From positions 224,788-288,787 of the forward strand of contig BTWA01000004.1 in the NCBI GenBank assembly GCA_045863295.1: DNA of 64,000 nt, read 5' to 3'. The position numbers and the translations under genes are program-made. The notes under the pieces were generated by a model. That model had not been told where the DNA came from. It saw nothing but the letters and a program-made list of their open reading frames with translations, and searched no databases. The first letter of the stretch is position 1; every line of letters starts with the position of its first letter. This document shows positions 26,890-37,395 of this stretch, piece by piece. The stretch comes from Candidatus Hydrogenedentota bacterium. Lineage in GTDB: Bacteria; Hydrogenedentota; Hydrogenedentia; Hydrogenedentales; SLHB01.

Positions 26890-28587
26890 TTATGCCGTTT
26901 GCTCCTTGATCCGGTCGACTACATAGCGGTTGCCGTCCACTTGGACGACGATGATGGGCGTGCCCTCCTCCAGAAATTCTGCGCGGGTAACCACCTGGAT
27001 GGTTTTGCCGTCGAAGCGGCCTCTTCCCGCGGGGCGCAATGGGGATGTGGCAATGCCCTTCTTGCCCAGGTATTCATCGGTTTCCGCCGCGCCTTGTACG
27101 GTATAGCCCTCTGAGATGTTCTGTGCGCCGAGCAACACCAATTGCCTGTACATGGGGGTGTGCGGAAACAGTTTCCACGTGGCATAGACGAATACGGCAA
27201 AGAGCACGGTGGTCACCGTGACCGTGTATCCGGCCTCGCGAAGGCGTTCAAACTCCCATTCATACTGTGGAATGGTGAAGTCGCTGAACGTGAGCGAGAG
27301 ATACACGCCGGCCAGTATGCAGACGACGCCCGAGATTCCCACGAACCCAAATCCTGGCAGAACGAAAACTTCGATGGCGATGAGTCCGAGACCCACTGCA
27401 AGGAGGAGCAGATCGATCCATTCGGACATGCCAATGACCGTGCGCGAACCGAAGAACAATCCCAGGCACACGAGGCCCACGATTCCGGCGAGGCCAAAGC
27501 CGGGTGTGCGGATTTCCACGTATAATCCGCCGATGCCGAGCATCAGCAGCAACCCTGATATGATGGGACTGGTAAGAAAACGGAACAGCTCTTCCGACCA
27601 TGTCATTACGATTTCGCGTTTTTCAGCGCCCACCATATTGAAGTAACCGAGGATCTGATCGATATTCGATGCGGTAGTTGGAATGACTCCATACGCCATT
27701 GCCTCATTTGGCGTCAGGGTGAGTAGTTTACCTCTACCGAGAATGATCCGGCCGCCGAGATCATCAATAACCGGGGCATCTGCGATTGGATCATCGGGGT
27801 TTTGCTCGATTTCTTCCTGCTGTTTGGCCTTGGTGGCTTCCTCTTGGATGGTGCGTGCGGCATCTTTTAGGATTTCTTTTACGGGTTCCATGTCCACCGG
27901 TAGATTTTCGAACACGACATCGATGGCGTCGTCCGCCTCGGATGCGGGAGCCGAGCCATCGCGGTCGTCGGCCGAGCGACCGGCATTGGTGGCTACCACG
28001 CGATAGCGGCCGGCCCCTTCGGGATAGGCGACCAATTCGATGTCTTTGTCGACCATTGCCATGGCAATCGCGGGGTTATGGCCTTTCGTTTCCGCGAGCG
28101 AGGCCATCTTTGCTCGCACGAAGGAGACTTCCTTTTCGCCGAGCGGCATCATACCTTCGGCGGACGGCATGACGGGTGCCGCGGCGCCCATGTTTGACGC
28201 GGGCGCCATGATTATTTCGTCGCAGGCGTAACTGATGAGGGCGCCGGCTGAAATGGCGCCCATGCCTTCGATGTAGGCGATTGTGCGAGTGGGTGCTTTC
28301 AACATGGCGGAGGATATGTTGATTGCGGAATCCACCCTGCCGCCTGGCGTATCGATGATGAAGATGAGTGCCTCCGCGCCAACGGCCTCCCGGCACGCGC
28401 GCTCGACCAAGACCGCGATGCCATCGTCAATCATGCCGGAGATTTTGCAGATGAGGACAAATTTTTCGCCGGCGAGTTCTGACGAGGCCGCCGGTTCGAC
28501 GGAAAGCGCGCCGTTGCCGCCTTCCTGGGAGAAGATAGGAAGCGAACATGCCGCGAGAATCAACGCGAACGATACAACACGTCTCAT
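26890..28587 (-). CDS. NfeD long form (YqeZ-like membrane-bound ClpP-class serine protease)
   Basis: Signal peptide from MRRVVSF; IDTPGG, AISAGALI, GKLLTLT, TM region EIRTPGFG, C-terminal LRPAG OB-fold. Confidence 0.92.
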   Translation of the reverse strand: MRRVVSFALILAACSLPIFSQEGGNGALSVEPAASSELAGEKFVLICKISGMIDDGIAVLVERACREAVGAEALIFIIDTPGGRVDSAINISSAMLKAPTRTIAYIEGMGAISAGALISYACDEIIMAPASNMGAAAPVMPSAEGMMPLGEKEVSFVRAKMASLAETKGHNPAIAMAMVDKDIELVAYPEGAGRYRVVATNAGRSADDRDGSAPASEADDAIDVVFENLPVDMEPVKEILKDAARTIQEEATKAKQQEEIEQNPDDPIADAPVIDDLGGRIILGRGKLLTLTPNEAMAYGVIPTTASNIDQILGYFNMVGAEKREIVMTWSEELFRFLTSPIISGLLLMLGIGGLYVEIRTPGFGLAGIVGLVCLGLFFGSRTVIGMSEWIDLLLLAVGLGLIAIEVFVLPGFGFVGISGVVCILAGVYLSLTFSDFTIPQYEWEFERLREAGYTVTVTTVLFAVFVYATWKLFPHTPMYRQLVLLGAQNISEGYTVQGAAETDEYLGKKGIATSPLRPAGRGRFDGKTIQVVTRAEFLEEGTPIIVVQVDGNRYVVDRIKEQTA

Positions 28588-28663
28588 GGCTTGCCACCTA
28601 TGGTTCAATGCGCCCTTGGATCGGCCACCAAGCCCGGTTCCGCCAACCGTATTGTCACCATGT

Positions 28664-28692
28664 ATTCTACTATTGCCATGGTACTCCGTCAA
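28664..28692 (-). promoter_or_regulatory. Sigma70 promoter of the nfeD-floA operon
   Basis: Minus strand TTGACG-N17-TAGAAT. Confidence 0.7.
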
Positions 28693-28796
28693 CGGAATCC
28701 GCCAATTCGAATTGCCGGCCTGTCCGGTTAGATGAACCAAACATCCCGGTATTTCATTCCAGTATGCATACGGATCCGGGAAATCAGGGGGTGGGA

Positions 28797-29879
28797 TCAA
28801 CTGACGAGTGCGAGCCCAATTTCGTTGTTCAGATCGAACCCTTTATTCGTGGGAAATATCGCGGAATCGTTTTGTTGGAGCAAACCTTCGCCCATCAATC
28901 GTTCAATCGGATCACCATAGTGATCGGCAACCGGCGCGCCAAACCTATCCTGGTAATATTGTTTTGGCAGTCCGGCGGCCAGCCGGAAATGTTGAATCAA
29001 GGTCTCCAACCGTATTTCGTCTTCCGTGAGGCAATGGACTTCGCATTTTCCACCCGGGTCGTTCAGATAGTCCTCGACTTTCGCATGGTTGCGCGCACGA
29101 CGACCGCCCAGAAAGCTTACGGCTCCTGGTCCCAAGGCGGCATACTCCTCGTTGTGCCAGTATCTCAGATTGTGTCTGCATTCGAATCCTGGGGCCGCAT
29201 AGTTTGAGACTTCGTATTGCCGCACTCCTTGCAGGGATTCGGGGATCGCGTGATACAGGTCCAAATAGGATTCGTCGTCGATGGCCTCGTTCTTTCGCTT
29301 GCCGAAGGGCGTGCCGGCTTCGTAGGTCAATCCATATGCCGATACATGCGTGGAGCCCATTGATGCACATATGCGAAGCGTATCGCGCCAGGCCTCAGCG
29401 GGCGGGGCGCCAAACATCAGGTCGATGTTCCAATTGTCAAAGGCATTCGCGACGATTGCGCACGCTTCGATGGCCTTGGGTGCATCGTGCCGTCTGCCAA
29501 GGTATTGCAGCACTCGATCATCGAAACTTTGGACCCCGAGACTAACGCGTGTTACGCCCAGCGAACGCCATGCATGGACGAGATCCACGGTGACGTCGTC
29601 GGGATTGGCTTCCAGCGAGATCTCGGCGTCGGAGGTCAAGTCGAAAGTGGACCGAATTGCGGATAGCACGCGATCGAGGGAGGCTGCTTCCAATAACGAA
29701 GGAGTGCCGCCTCCCAGAAAGATACTGTCTGCTTCAGCATCGCCTTCGTGAGCACGAATTTCCTTCTCCAAGGCTGAGAGGAATGCGTCCGGCACTGAGC
29801 CGTTAGTCTGCCGCTTCACGAAGTCACAGTAGGGGCACACGGTCCGGCAGTATGGGATGTGGATATAGACGCCGATCAC
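28797..29879 (-). CDS. hemW: Radical SAM heme chaperone HemW (HemN-like)
   Basis: YIHIPYCRTVCPYCDF, GGGTPS, EANP, YEVSNY, HNLRYW; GTG start overlaps the lepB stop. Confidence 0.9.
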   Translation of the reverse strand: MIGVYIHIPYCRTVCPYCDFVKRQTNGSVPDAFLSALEKEIRAHEGDAEADSIFLGGGTPSLLEAASLDRVLSAIRSTFDLTSDAEISLEANPDDVTVDLVHAWRSLGVTRVSLGVQSFDDRVLQYLGRRHDAPKAIEACAIVANAFDNWNIDLMFGAPPAEAWRDTLRICASMGSTHVSAYGLTYEAGTPFGKRKNEAIDDESYLDLYHAIPESLQGVRQYEVSNYAAPGFECRHNLRYWHNEEYAALGPGAVSFLGGRRARNHAKVEDYLNDPGGKCEVHCLTEDEIRLETLIQHFRLAAGLPKQYYQDRFGAPVADHYGDPIERLMGEGLLQQNDSAIFPTNKGFDLNNEIGLALVS

Positions 29880-31285
29880 GGCGCGATCCGCCGCCGATTC
29901 CCGATGGGCCACCAAACGTAGCGCGCTACGCCTATGACATGGTCGCACGGCACGCAGCCCAGGTCGCGGCTGTCCATGCCCTTCTCCGAATCGGCGAGCA
30001 CGAATACTGAGCGGTCCGGAACGGTAGTAGGAGTGTCGCCCGTGTCGACTGGAACTCCGCTGGGCCGTGGGGCGAACGCATGGCCTCGCAGGGGTCCGTC
30101 GACCGGTGCGCCATTGATCATGGGTGTCCCGCCGTCGAATGTAACCTGATCGCCTGGAAGCCCGGCAACCCAGCCCATGAGCGCCAGTGGTTCTTCCGTG
30201 TTCGCTGTTTCAAAAAGATATAGTACGGCGTCACCGCGATTTGGGGAACGGGCGAGTATGCGGGAAGACGCAAGTGGAATAGCTACGCCAAGGGCAAGTC
30301 GATCAATGTACAGTCGTTCAAAAGGCTTGACACCGTGAATCATGGGTTCGGGGCCGACTCGCCAGAATCGCCCAATGAACATACGCCACCCCAACGCAAG
30401 CGCAAGTGCGAGTGCCGCACCGCGCCAAACCCACGAGTGCGTGAATCCCGTGAAGTCGCGCATGCGTGAGGGGGGCCACCAGATGCAGGTCGCGCGGCCC
30501 AGAATGTGTTCTTCCGGCACCCACCCCCAGAACCGGCCATCGCGGCTGTTCCCGCTGTTGTCGCCCAAAACGAGGTAATGACCCTCGGGGACACGCGCAT
30601 AGCGGTCATCTTCCCGAATGCCGTAGTAGGCGGGCTCGCTGAATGACGACGGCCGCGTGTAATAGACCTCGGAAAGGTCGTCCGGCATGGTCAACGGTTT
30701 ACCGTCGATGTACACGCAACCTTCCCGGATATTCACGTGTTCGCCTGGGAGGCCAATGACCCGTTTGATGAGGGTCATATTCCGGGGGTCTTCCTCGGGG
30801 GATTTGAAGACGACAACGTCGAACCGCTGCGGCTTCGCACCGTTCCAGATACGGCTGTCGGCATAGTCAATGATGTAGCCAAGCATGGGCACACGGGATC
30901 GGTTGAACGGCCATCGCCAGCCGTAGACGAACTTGTTCACGAACACGCGGTCGCCGCGAAAGGGGCGTTCGTCGCCGTGCAAAGTTGGCTCCATGGAACC
31001 GGATGGAATCTTGTAGGGCTCGCCTACGCCCCAGCGAAAAGGCAGGGCCACGGCCAGGGCGATAATCATTGCGCGCATTCCGCCGGACGACAGAATCATC
31101 CAGAATACAAAATACACCGCGGCCACAATGACAATTTGCGGCATCGCGGCGGGTCCGCGCAGCAGATAGAGCCCCGCTGACACCATGACCGCGAGTACAC
31201 CCGCGCCATACACGACGCGGTGTCGGCGTGGTGGAGGGCTAGGCGTCGTGCCAGATTCGGGAGAATGGGTCGGCGTCGTTGTCAT
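29876..31285 (-). CDS. lepB: Signal peptidase I with an additional degenerate C-terminal S26 domain
   Basis: IPSGSMEPTL (Ser), LIKRVIGLPG (Lys), GDNSGNSRDGR; a second S26-like repeat follows a TM helix. Confidence 0.88.
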   Translation of the reverse strand: MTTTPTHSPESGTTPSPPPRRHRVVYGAGVLAVMVSAGLYLLRGPAAMPQIVIVAAVYFVFWMILSSGGMRAMIIALAVALPFRWGVGEPYKIPSGSMEPTLHGDERPFRGDRVFVNKFVYGWRWPFNRSRVPMLGYIIDYADSRIWNGAKPQRFDVVVFKSPEEDPRNMTLIKRVIGLPGEHVNIREGCVYIDGKPLTMPDDLSEVYYTRPSSFSEPAYYGIREDDRYARVPEGHYLVLGDNSGNSRDGRFWGWVPEEHILGRATCIWWPPSRMRDFTGFTHSWVWRGAALALALALGWRMFIGRFWRVGPEPMIHGVKPFERLYIDRLALGVAIPLASSRILARSPNRGDAVLYLFETANTEEPLALMGWVAGLPGDQVTFDGGTPMINGAPVDGPLRGHAFAPRPSGVPVDTGDTPTTVPDRSVFVLADSEKGMDSRDLGCVPCDHVIGVARYVWWPIGNRRRIAP

Positions 31286-31288
31286 GGA

Positions 31289-32134
31289 TCACGTCTTGGC
31301 TCGCTTCATGCTCATGCGCCATCGGAAGAACTCGAAGCCGATGAGGGATGCGGGAATGCCAAACAGGAGCAATTTACCCCACCACGTGCCGGAGAATCCT
31401 GTCAGGTCTGACCAGCGGCTGAAGGGCCACCAGACGCAAAACGCGCGGCCGAAGATGTGTCTTTCAGGAACCCAGCCGTAGAACCGCCCGTCGAAACTAT
31501 GTTGGCTGTTGTCGCCGAGCATGAGGTAGTGGCCTTCGGGCACGACGGAATACTCGGGCACGTCGCTGCATCCGTACAAGACTGGATACGACTGGATAAT
31601 GCCCAAGGCGTTGCGCACGTCGTCCTCGGACTCGGCTGCGCGCAATACGGACTGGTAGTCGTCGAGATTGAAATACTTCACGTCGGGCATGCGTTCGGGC
31701 ATCTCGACGGCCTCACCATTCACATAGACTTTGTGATCTCGAATGCGAATGGTTTCGCCGGGCAGGCCCACGACGCGTTTAATTAAAACCTTTTGTCCTT
31801 CGGCTGGATTGATGGTCCGAAAGACCACGATGTCCCATCGCTTGGGCGCATCCCACGTGAGTATGCGTTTGGTGGTAAATGGAAGGTGGATACCGTAGGC
31901 GAGTTTGTTTACGAACACGCGATCGCCTGAGAAGAACCGTTCGTCGCCTTCCAGGGTGGGCACCATGGAATCGGAGGGAATGCGAAATGGCTGCACGAGG
32001 AGCCACCACACCGTGAGAATTCCGATGATGAGGCCGACCCATTCAACCAGATTTCGCACCGACCAAGGACCGGTGATGAATTCGAGCAGGCCGCGGACCG
32101 GGTGTACGGGAGGCATTGACTTCTTATCGGCCAC
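31289..32134 (-). CDS. lepB: Signal peptidase I
   Basis: IPSDSMVPTL, LIKRVVGLPG, GDNSQHSFDGR. Confidence 0.92.
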   Translation of the reverse strand: MADKKSMPPVHPVRGLLEFITGPWSVRNLVEWVGLIIGILTVWWLLVQPFRIPSDSMVPTLEGDERFFSGDRVFVNKLAYGIHLPFTTKRILTWDAPKRWDIVVFRTINPAEGQKVLIKRVVGLPGETIRIRDHKVYVNGEAVEMPERMPDVKYFNLDDYQSVLRAAESEDDVRNALGIIQSYPVLYGCSDVPEYSVVPEGHYLMLGDNSQHSFDGRFYGWVPERHIFGRAFCVWWPFSRWSDLTGFSGTWWGKLLLFGIPASLIGFEFFRWRMSMKRAKT

Positions 32135-32136
32135 GA

Positions 32137-33957
32137 CTAGCGCTCCATTCCTTCGTCATCGACCCGGAGCAGCGCCATGAAGGCTTCCTGCGGCACTTCC
32201 ACGGATCCCACTTGTTTCATGCGCTTTTTGCCTTCTTTTTGCTTTTCCAGCAGTTTTCTTTTGCGCGTAATGTCGCCGCCGTAGCACTTGGCGGTCACGT
32301 TCTTCCGAAGGGCCTTGACCGATTCGCGAACGAGAATGCGGCCACCGATGGCCGCTTGAATGGCGACTTCGTATTGCTGCCTTGGAATAAGCCCGCGCAG
32401 GCGCACGGCCAATTGCCGCCCCACCCATTCGGCGCGATCGCGGTGCACGATGATGGAGAGCGCATCCACGACTTCGCCGTTAAGCATGATGTCGAGTTTG
32501 ACCAGTTTTCCGGGGCGATAGCCGATCATGCGGTATTCGAGCGAGCCGTAGCCGCGGGTGCTGCTTTTCAGCTTGTCGTAGAAGTCGAGCACGATTTCCG
32601 CCAATGGTATTTGATAGACGACGAAGCAACGCTTTGCATCGAGATAGTCCACCTTCACGTGAATGCCGCGCTTCTTCTTGCAGAGTTCGATGACCGCGCT
32701 CATGTATTCGGTGGGGCAGATAATCTCGGCCTCGATATACGGTTCTTCAATGACTTCGATGTCGTTGACATGCGGCATCTGCGAGGCTTTTTCAATAACG
32801 ATGTCCGTACCGTCTTTTTTCTTGATGTGATAGGCCACGTTGGGCGTGGTGGTCACGAGGGTGAGATTGAACTCGCGTTCGAGGCGTTCCTGCACGATTT
32901 CCATGTGCAACAATCCCAAAAACCCCAACCGGTAGCCCAAGCCGAGGGCGTCGGAACTGTCCGCATAGAATTGGAAAGAAGCATCGTTGAGTTGGAGCTT
33001 TTCCAGCGCATTGCGCAACTCTTCGTAGTCGCCGGCCACGGCGGGATACATGCCGCAAAAGACCACGGGCAACACTTCTTCGTAACCGGGCAAGGCTTTC
33101 GTAGCGGGATTGAAGGCATCGGTGACGGTATCGCCGATCTTGGTGTCTTTCAGGCTCTTGATGTTGCAAATGATGTAGCCGACTTCGCCCGCTTCCAATC
33201 CATCTTGCGGAAGAATGTCGGGCGTGAATACGCCGACCTCGGCCACGTCGTATTTGATTCCATTGGCCATGAACATAATTTTCTGGCCTTTGGCGATGCG
33301 TCCTTCCTTGACGCACACATACACGACAACGCCGCGATAGGAATCGTATTTGGCGTCGAAAATCAGGGCGCGCAACGGCAACGAGCGATTTCCCTTTGGA
33401 GCGGGGATACGCTTAACAATCGCTTCCAGGCAATCCTTTGTACCGATGCCCTCTTTGGCGCTGGCTTTGACGGCGTTTTCACCGTCCAGGCCGACGACTT
33501 CTTCAATCTGCTGTTGCACCATCGGCACATCGGCACTGGGGAGGTCGATCTTGTTGATGACCGGAATGATCTCGAGGTTTTGTTCGATGGCCTTGTAGGC
33601 ATTTGCCATGGTCTGCGCTTCGACGCCTTGGGCGGCATCGACGAGAAGCAGTGCGCCTTCGCACGCCGCAAGGCTTCGGGAGACTTCGTAGGCGAAGTCT
33701 ACGTGGCCGGGCGTGTCGATAAGATTGATTGTATAGGTTATACCGTCATCGGCCGTGTAGTGGATGCGCACGGCGACGGACTTGATGGTGATGCCCCGCT
33801 CCCTCTCAATCTCCATCGTGTCGAGGGTCTGTTCCTTGAGCTTTCGGGGGTCGATGGCGCCTGTAAACTGCAACAGTCGGTCCGCCAGCGTGGATTTGCC
33901 GTGATCGACGTGTGCGATGATGCAGAAATTTCGTATCCGATCGATGGGCGTTCCCAT
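32137..33957 (-). CDS. lepA: Translation elongation factor 4
   Basis: [46 protein letters not shown]. Confidence 0.98.
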   Translation of the reverse strand: MGTPIDRIRNFCIIAHVDHGKSTLADRLLQFTGAIDPRKLKEQTLDTMEIERERGITIKSVAVRIHYTADDGITYTINLIDTPGHVDFAYEVSRSLAACEGALLLVDAAQGVEAQTMANAYKAIEQNLEIIPVINKIDLPSADVPMVQQQIEEVVGLDGENAVKASAKEGIGTKDCLEAIVKRIPAPKGNRSLPLRALIFDAKYDSYRGVVVYVCVKEGRIAKGQKIMFMANGIKYDVAEVGVFTPDILPQDGLEAGEVGYIICNIKSLKDTKIGDTVTDAFNPATKALPGYEEVLPVVFCGMYPAVAGDYEELRNALEKLQLNDASFQFYADSSDALGLGYRLGFLGLLHMEIVQERLEREFNLTLVTTTPNVAYHIKKKDGTDIVIEKASQMPHVNDIEVIEEPYIEAEIICPTEYMSAVIELCKKKRGIHVKVDYLDAKRCFVVYQIPLAEIVLDFYDKLKSSTRGYGSLEYRMIGYRPGKLVKLDIMLNGEVVDALSIIVHRDRAEWVGRQLAVRLRGLIPRQQYEVAIQAAIGGRILVRESVKALRKNVTAKCYGGDITRKRKLLEKQKEGKKRMKQVGSVEVPQEAFMALLRVDDEGMER

Positions 33958-34002
33958 GTATGCTTTCCAATTCGTAATTCGTTCGTATGCTTCACGCCGC
34001 GG

Positions 34003-34710
34003 CTAGTTGCAGATCCGATCGATCAGCCGCAGGCTACGGAAATCCGTATCCCAGTGATGCGCAATGTATCCACGCAATGCCTTGAACACCGTCTCGCCGT
34101 GCGCACTTTCGACACATGCTTCTCGTGCCGCGGCCATCGCCTTCATGCTGACGACGGCTTCGCTCGACAAGGTCACGTCGAACGTTTCGCCCGACTCCAC
34201 AACGCCAGACTCGTACGAAAAAGGGACACCCCCTTTTTGGGGCACGGATTCGAGTTGTGGGTCGAATCCCGCCACCCGGAGCAATTGCAGCACCTGCCAC
34301 GCCGCGTGTACCCGTGCGCAGCCAGCCCAGCGGGCCATGCCTTGCATGCCGCACACCAAGGTCTCGTAGAGTAAACTGGACGGCTCGTTCTCTTGGGCGG
34401 TCTTGGAAGCGAATTCCAATACGAACGCGGCATAGGCCGTCTTGTCCAGGTCAGACTTGATGCCTTGGAAATCGTCCAGCAGGGTAACCTCGCCCAGCTT
34501 CTGGACGCTACGGCTGTCTTTCCAGTAGTACACAATCTCCAGCCGGTTAAACGTATCGAGGAGTCCGCCGATACGGCTGCCCGGCCGTCTGGCCCCGGCG
34601 GCCAGACATGTCAACCTGCCGCGAGTTGGGCTCAGAAATGTGACAATTCGGCTGGTTTCGCTGAAGTCCACACCGCGCACAACCACTGCTTCGCTACGAT
34701 CTTGCGACAC
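34003..34710 (-). CDS. recO: DNA repair protein RecO
   Basis: EAVVVRGVDFSETSRIVTFLS..RG...AAGARR OB-fold; GTG start with GGAGAGG RBS; upstream of lepA. Confidence 0.9.
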   Translation of the reverse strand: MSQDRSEAVVVRGVDFSETSRIVTFLSPTRGRLTCLAAGARRPGSRIGGLLDTFNRLEIVYYWKDSRSVQKLGEVTLLDDFQGIKSDLDKTAYAAFVLEFASKTAQENEPSSLLYETLVCGMQGMARWAGCARVHAAWQVLQLLRVAGFDPQLESVPQKGGVPFSYESGVVESGETFDVTLSSEAVVSMKAMAAAREACVESAHGETVFKALRGYIAHHWDTDFRSLRLIDRICN

Positions 34711-34818
34711 GCGCCTCTCCCGGTCCCGTCGGTTGAGTTCTGGCATCCCGGACAGGGGCACACGCAACCGGCTTTATCGCCGCAGATGGGTGCAATCTGG
34801 AAAAGGTTGCAGCGTAAG

Positions 34819-34848
34819 AGTGTAGCATTTCTGGACTTGCAGGCACAA
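34819..34848 (-). promoter_or_regulatory. Putative sigma70 promoter for recO-lepA-lepB-lepB-hemW
   Basis: Minus strand TTGTGC-N18-TACACT with extended -10 TG. Confidence 0.4.
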
Positions 34849-34940
34849 ATGCATGGTACCTTTGGATTTGGAAGTACAGTTGGACCCATTGGAGCGGCGG
34901 CTCGAAATTCATTGCCACGTAGCGCCGCGCCGGATGGGGT

Positions 34941-36053
34941 TTACTTCGGCATCTCCGTAATCCACTGGCGTAGCAAGGCCGCGCCTTCTTCGTGAACCGT
35001 CAAGCGTGGGAGCTCGGGCATCATAATCCCGGGTTCGGTGGATTCCAGACGGTAGATCATGATTGACTCATCGGGCTTGCCTGGCACGATTCCAAACCGG
35101 CGATCGCCTGATCCTCGCCCTGCGGCAACGGGTACTTTTTCCACGCCCCATTTGTGGGGGTCCAACTGCTGAAACCGGAGATCGACGCCTGTCGTATTGG
35201 CGGGGCCTTTTGGGCTGTGGCAATGTGCGCAGTTTACATCCAGATACGCACGCGCGCGTTCCGCCAGGGTACCCGTCGTGGGGTCATCCCACACGGGCAG
35301 GGCGTCTGCCTGTTTGGGTTCGGGCGATCCGGTCAGATAGCCTGCCTCGGCCCACCGGAGCAACTGATTTTCCACGCCGTTGGCATAGGCGTAGTCGCGG
35401 TTGAGATTTCGGCCTTTCGGCCCTATTGGAATAATCGTCTCGCCGGAAATGTGACAGCCTTTGCATTGATTCAAATTGGGTATGACGTAGTTGAGCGAGC
35501 GTTTCCCGCCGTCGAAATGAGTCCACTCCACCATCCGGCGGCCGCCAGCGACCTTTAGATCGGCGTCGGTTTGTTCCTCGTTCCAGATGTAGATATATGG
35601 CGTCCACCCCTCGGGGCGATGTACCAGCAGCCGGGTCTCTATTAAGCGCCGGCCTTGGGATGGATCCCGGAGGTCGTGTTCGAAGCCGAACGTCTTGATA
35701 AGCACGCTTCCTACAGGAAATGTAAACGGGTCTTCCGCGCTATATGTGGCGGAAGACCCGGTGGGCATCCATACGAACCGGAATTTCGTGGAGTAATCCG
35801 AGAACAAGGGCGTCGTCAAATCGTATGGCAACACGCCTTCATTGGGTTGCTGCGCCGATCCGTCCCCTGCGAAGAACCCGTATTCAGAAAGTTTCTTGAA
35901 GGGTTTTCCTTCCAGCGGCACGCGCACTTGCGTTTGAACCTGGGCGGACACGGAACCGGCCCCGGGCTGGATCACAAACGAATTTACGCCTGCTGCCGCC
36001 CCCAATAGCAACACCGACACGCCACGCGCCCACAACTTCCGAATCGGGACCAC
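34941..36053 (-). CDS. Diheme c-type cytochrome, SO2930/HNE_0200-like family
   Basis: CKGCH and CAHCH heme motifs; PLFSDY..K, IETRLL, MMPEL; signal peptide. Confidence 0.85.
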   Translation of the reverse strand: MVPIRKLWARGVSVLLLGAAAGVNSFVIQPGAGSVSAQVQTQVRVPLEGKPFKKLSEYGFFAGDGSAQQPNEGVLPYDLTTPLFSDYSTKFRFVWMPTGSSATYSAEDPFTFPVGSVLIKTFGFEHDLRDPSQGRRLIETRLLVHRPEGWTPYIYIWNEEQTDADLKVAGGRRMVEWTHFDGGKRSLNYVIPNLNQCKGCHISGETIIPIGPKGRNLNRDYAYANGVENQLLRWAEAGYLTGSPEPKQADALPVWDDPTTGTLAERARAYLDVNCAHCHSPKGPANTTGVDLRFQQLDPHKWGVEKVPVAAGRGSGDRRFGIVPGKPDESIMIYRLESTEPGIMMPELPRLTVHEEGAALLRQWITEMPK

Positions 36054-36068
36054 TGCGATTTACTCCAT

Positions 36069-37304
36069 TCATGCACCGGGAATGGCGATGGCGGGCAGTG
36101 AAGGCAATTTGCCCTCGTGTGCTGCCATATCCCGCAATATCGCGGGCTCGCCATTGCCTGTGGACAGCGCATCCAAATTCAAGTTGATGAAGTCCGCTCC
36201 CTCATTTCCGTGAATATATATCCGCTTGTCGGCGGGCAGTTCGCCGTTGACCTTCTTTTTCGCATCGACGGCGCCGTCCCACACGATGTTGGCCAGCTTG
36301 CCGCCCGTCATTTCCGCCATGGCCGCCAGCGATCCTTGCGGCGCATAGCCTCCCCTCTCAAATGTATTGCTGTGAATATGTACACCTTCCGGATATGGGT
36401 CGTACCGGTGCGGTTCCTTGACGGGATTTCCCGTAGTCGTGTAGCTGACGATGAGCACGTTCGCAGACTGATTGTCTTTGAACGTGTTATTGAATACTTC
36501 AACGTTTTCGTTCGACATGATCATCATGCCTGTACCGGTCGGAACGGTGGCTACAATGTTTCCCTTTGGCGCGAAGTTGGGCGTATCGTTCTTTTCGATA
36601 GTGTTATTGAACACCCGCACAAATCCGCCGCCGGTCATGGGTAGGTCGGGCATATCAAACACCAGGATTCCGCCTGTATTCTGCGTGGCATGGTTTTCGT
36701 AGACGTCGGCATGCAGGCTATTCTCGATTTCGATGCCGGCGACATTGAACTTCACGGTGTTCCTTCGCACGATGATGTTCTTGGACTGGCCGACATAGAT
36801 GCCCGCGTCGGAGCACGCATACACTTCGCAATGTTCTATGAGCACATTCTTCGATTCGACCGGATAGAATCCATAGGCGCCATTGGTTTCCGCGGGACCG
36901 TTTGTCCATTCCGCGCGCACGCGTCGAAACGTGATGCCTTCGCACCCTTTCGCCTTGATACCATCGCCTTTGGTATCTTCCACGGCGAAATCTTCGCAGA
37001 TAACGCCGTTGCTGGTAATCAATATGCCTTCGCTGCCGAGTTCCTGTCCCTTAAACGACAGAATCGTCTTGTCGCTTCCGCGGCCTTTTAACGTGACGTT
37101 GTCGACATCGAGCGACAATCCGATGGTAAAATCAAACTTGCCTTCGTCGAACAGAATGGTATCGCCCGGCTGAGCCAGAATCATGGCTTCTTGGGCCGCT
37201 TCCTGGGCCTCGGGTCCGGGCTTGACGACATGCTCTTCAGCATAGGCGAACATGCCGGTACCCACTGCCAGCGCAACCATGGAATGAACGGTAAGTCTAA
37301 ACAT
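36069..37304 (-). CDS. Secreted parallel beta-helix repeat protein
   Basis: NGAYGFYPV, SDAGIYVGQS, NVAGIEIENS, NTGGILVFD right-handed beta-helix repeats. Confidence 0.88.
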   Translation of the reverse strand: MFRLTVHSMVALAVGTGMFAYAEEHVVKPGPEAQEAAQEAMILAQPGDTILFDEGKFDFTIGLSLDVDNVTLKGRGSDKTILSFKGQELGSEGILITSNGVICEDFAVEDTKGDGIKAKGCEGITFRRVRAEWTNGPAETNGAYGFYPVESKNVLIEHCEVYACSDAGIYVGQSKNIIVRRNTVKFNVAGIEIENSLHADVYENHATQNTGGILVFDMPDLPMTGGGFVRVFNNTIEKNDTPNFAPKGNIVATVPTGTGMMIMSNENVEVFNNTFKDNQSANVLIVSYTTTGNPVKEPHRYDPYPEGVHIHSNTFERGGYAPQGSLAAMAEMTGGKLANIVWDGAVDAKKKVNGELPADKRIYIHGNEGADFINLNLDALSTGNGEPAILRDMAAHEGKLPSLPAIAIPGA

Positions 37305-37395
37305 TGTGCAGCCTCCACCTTCCCACAGATCGATCCCGTTGCCACGTCCGATGAAAATCCAGTGTATCCGCCTTCGACCATCCTGTCAATGTGAG

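Noticed and set aside
28588..28800. N-terminal extension of long NfeD in the ORF track
   Set aside because: The region contains the sigma70 promoter; the signal peptide starts at 28587.
32116..34374. 752-aa plus-strand ORF
   Set aside because: Antisense shadow of lepA/recO caused by GC-rich codon bias. The same applies to 13756-14952, 19733-21040, 24916-25914 and 60278-61753.
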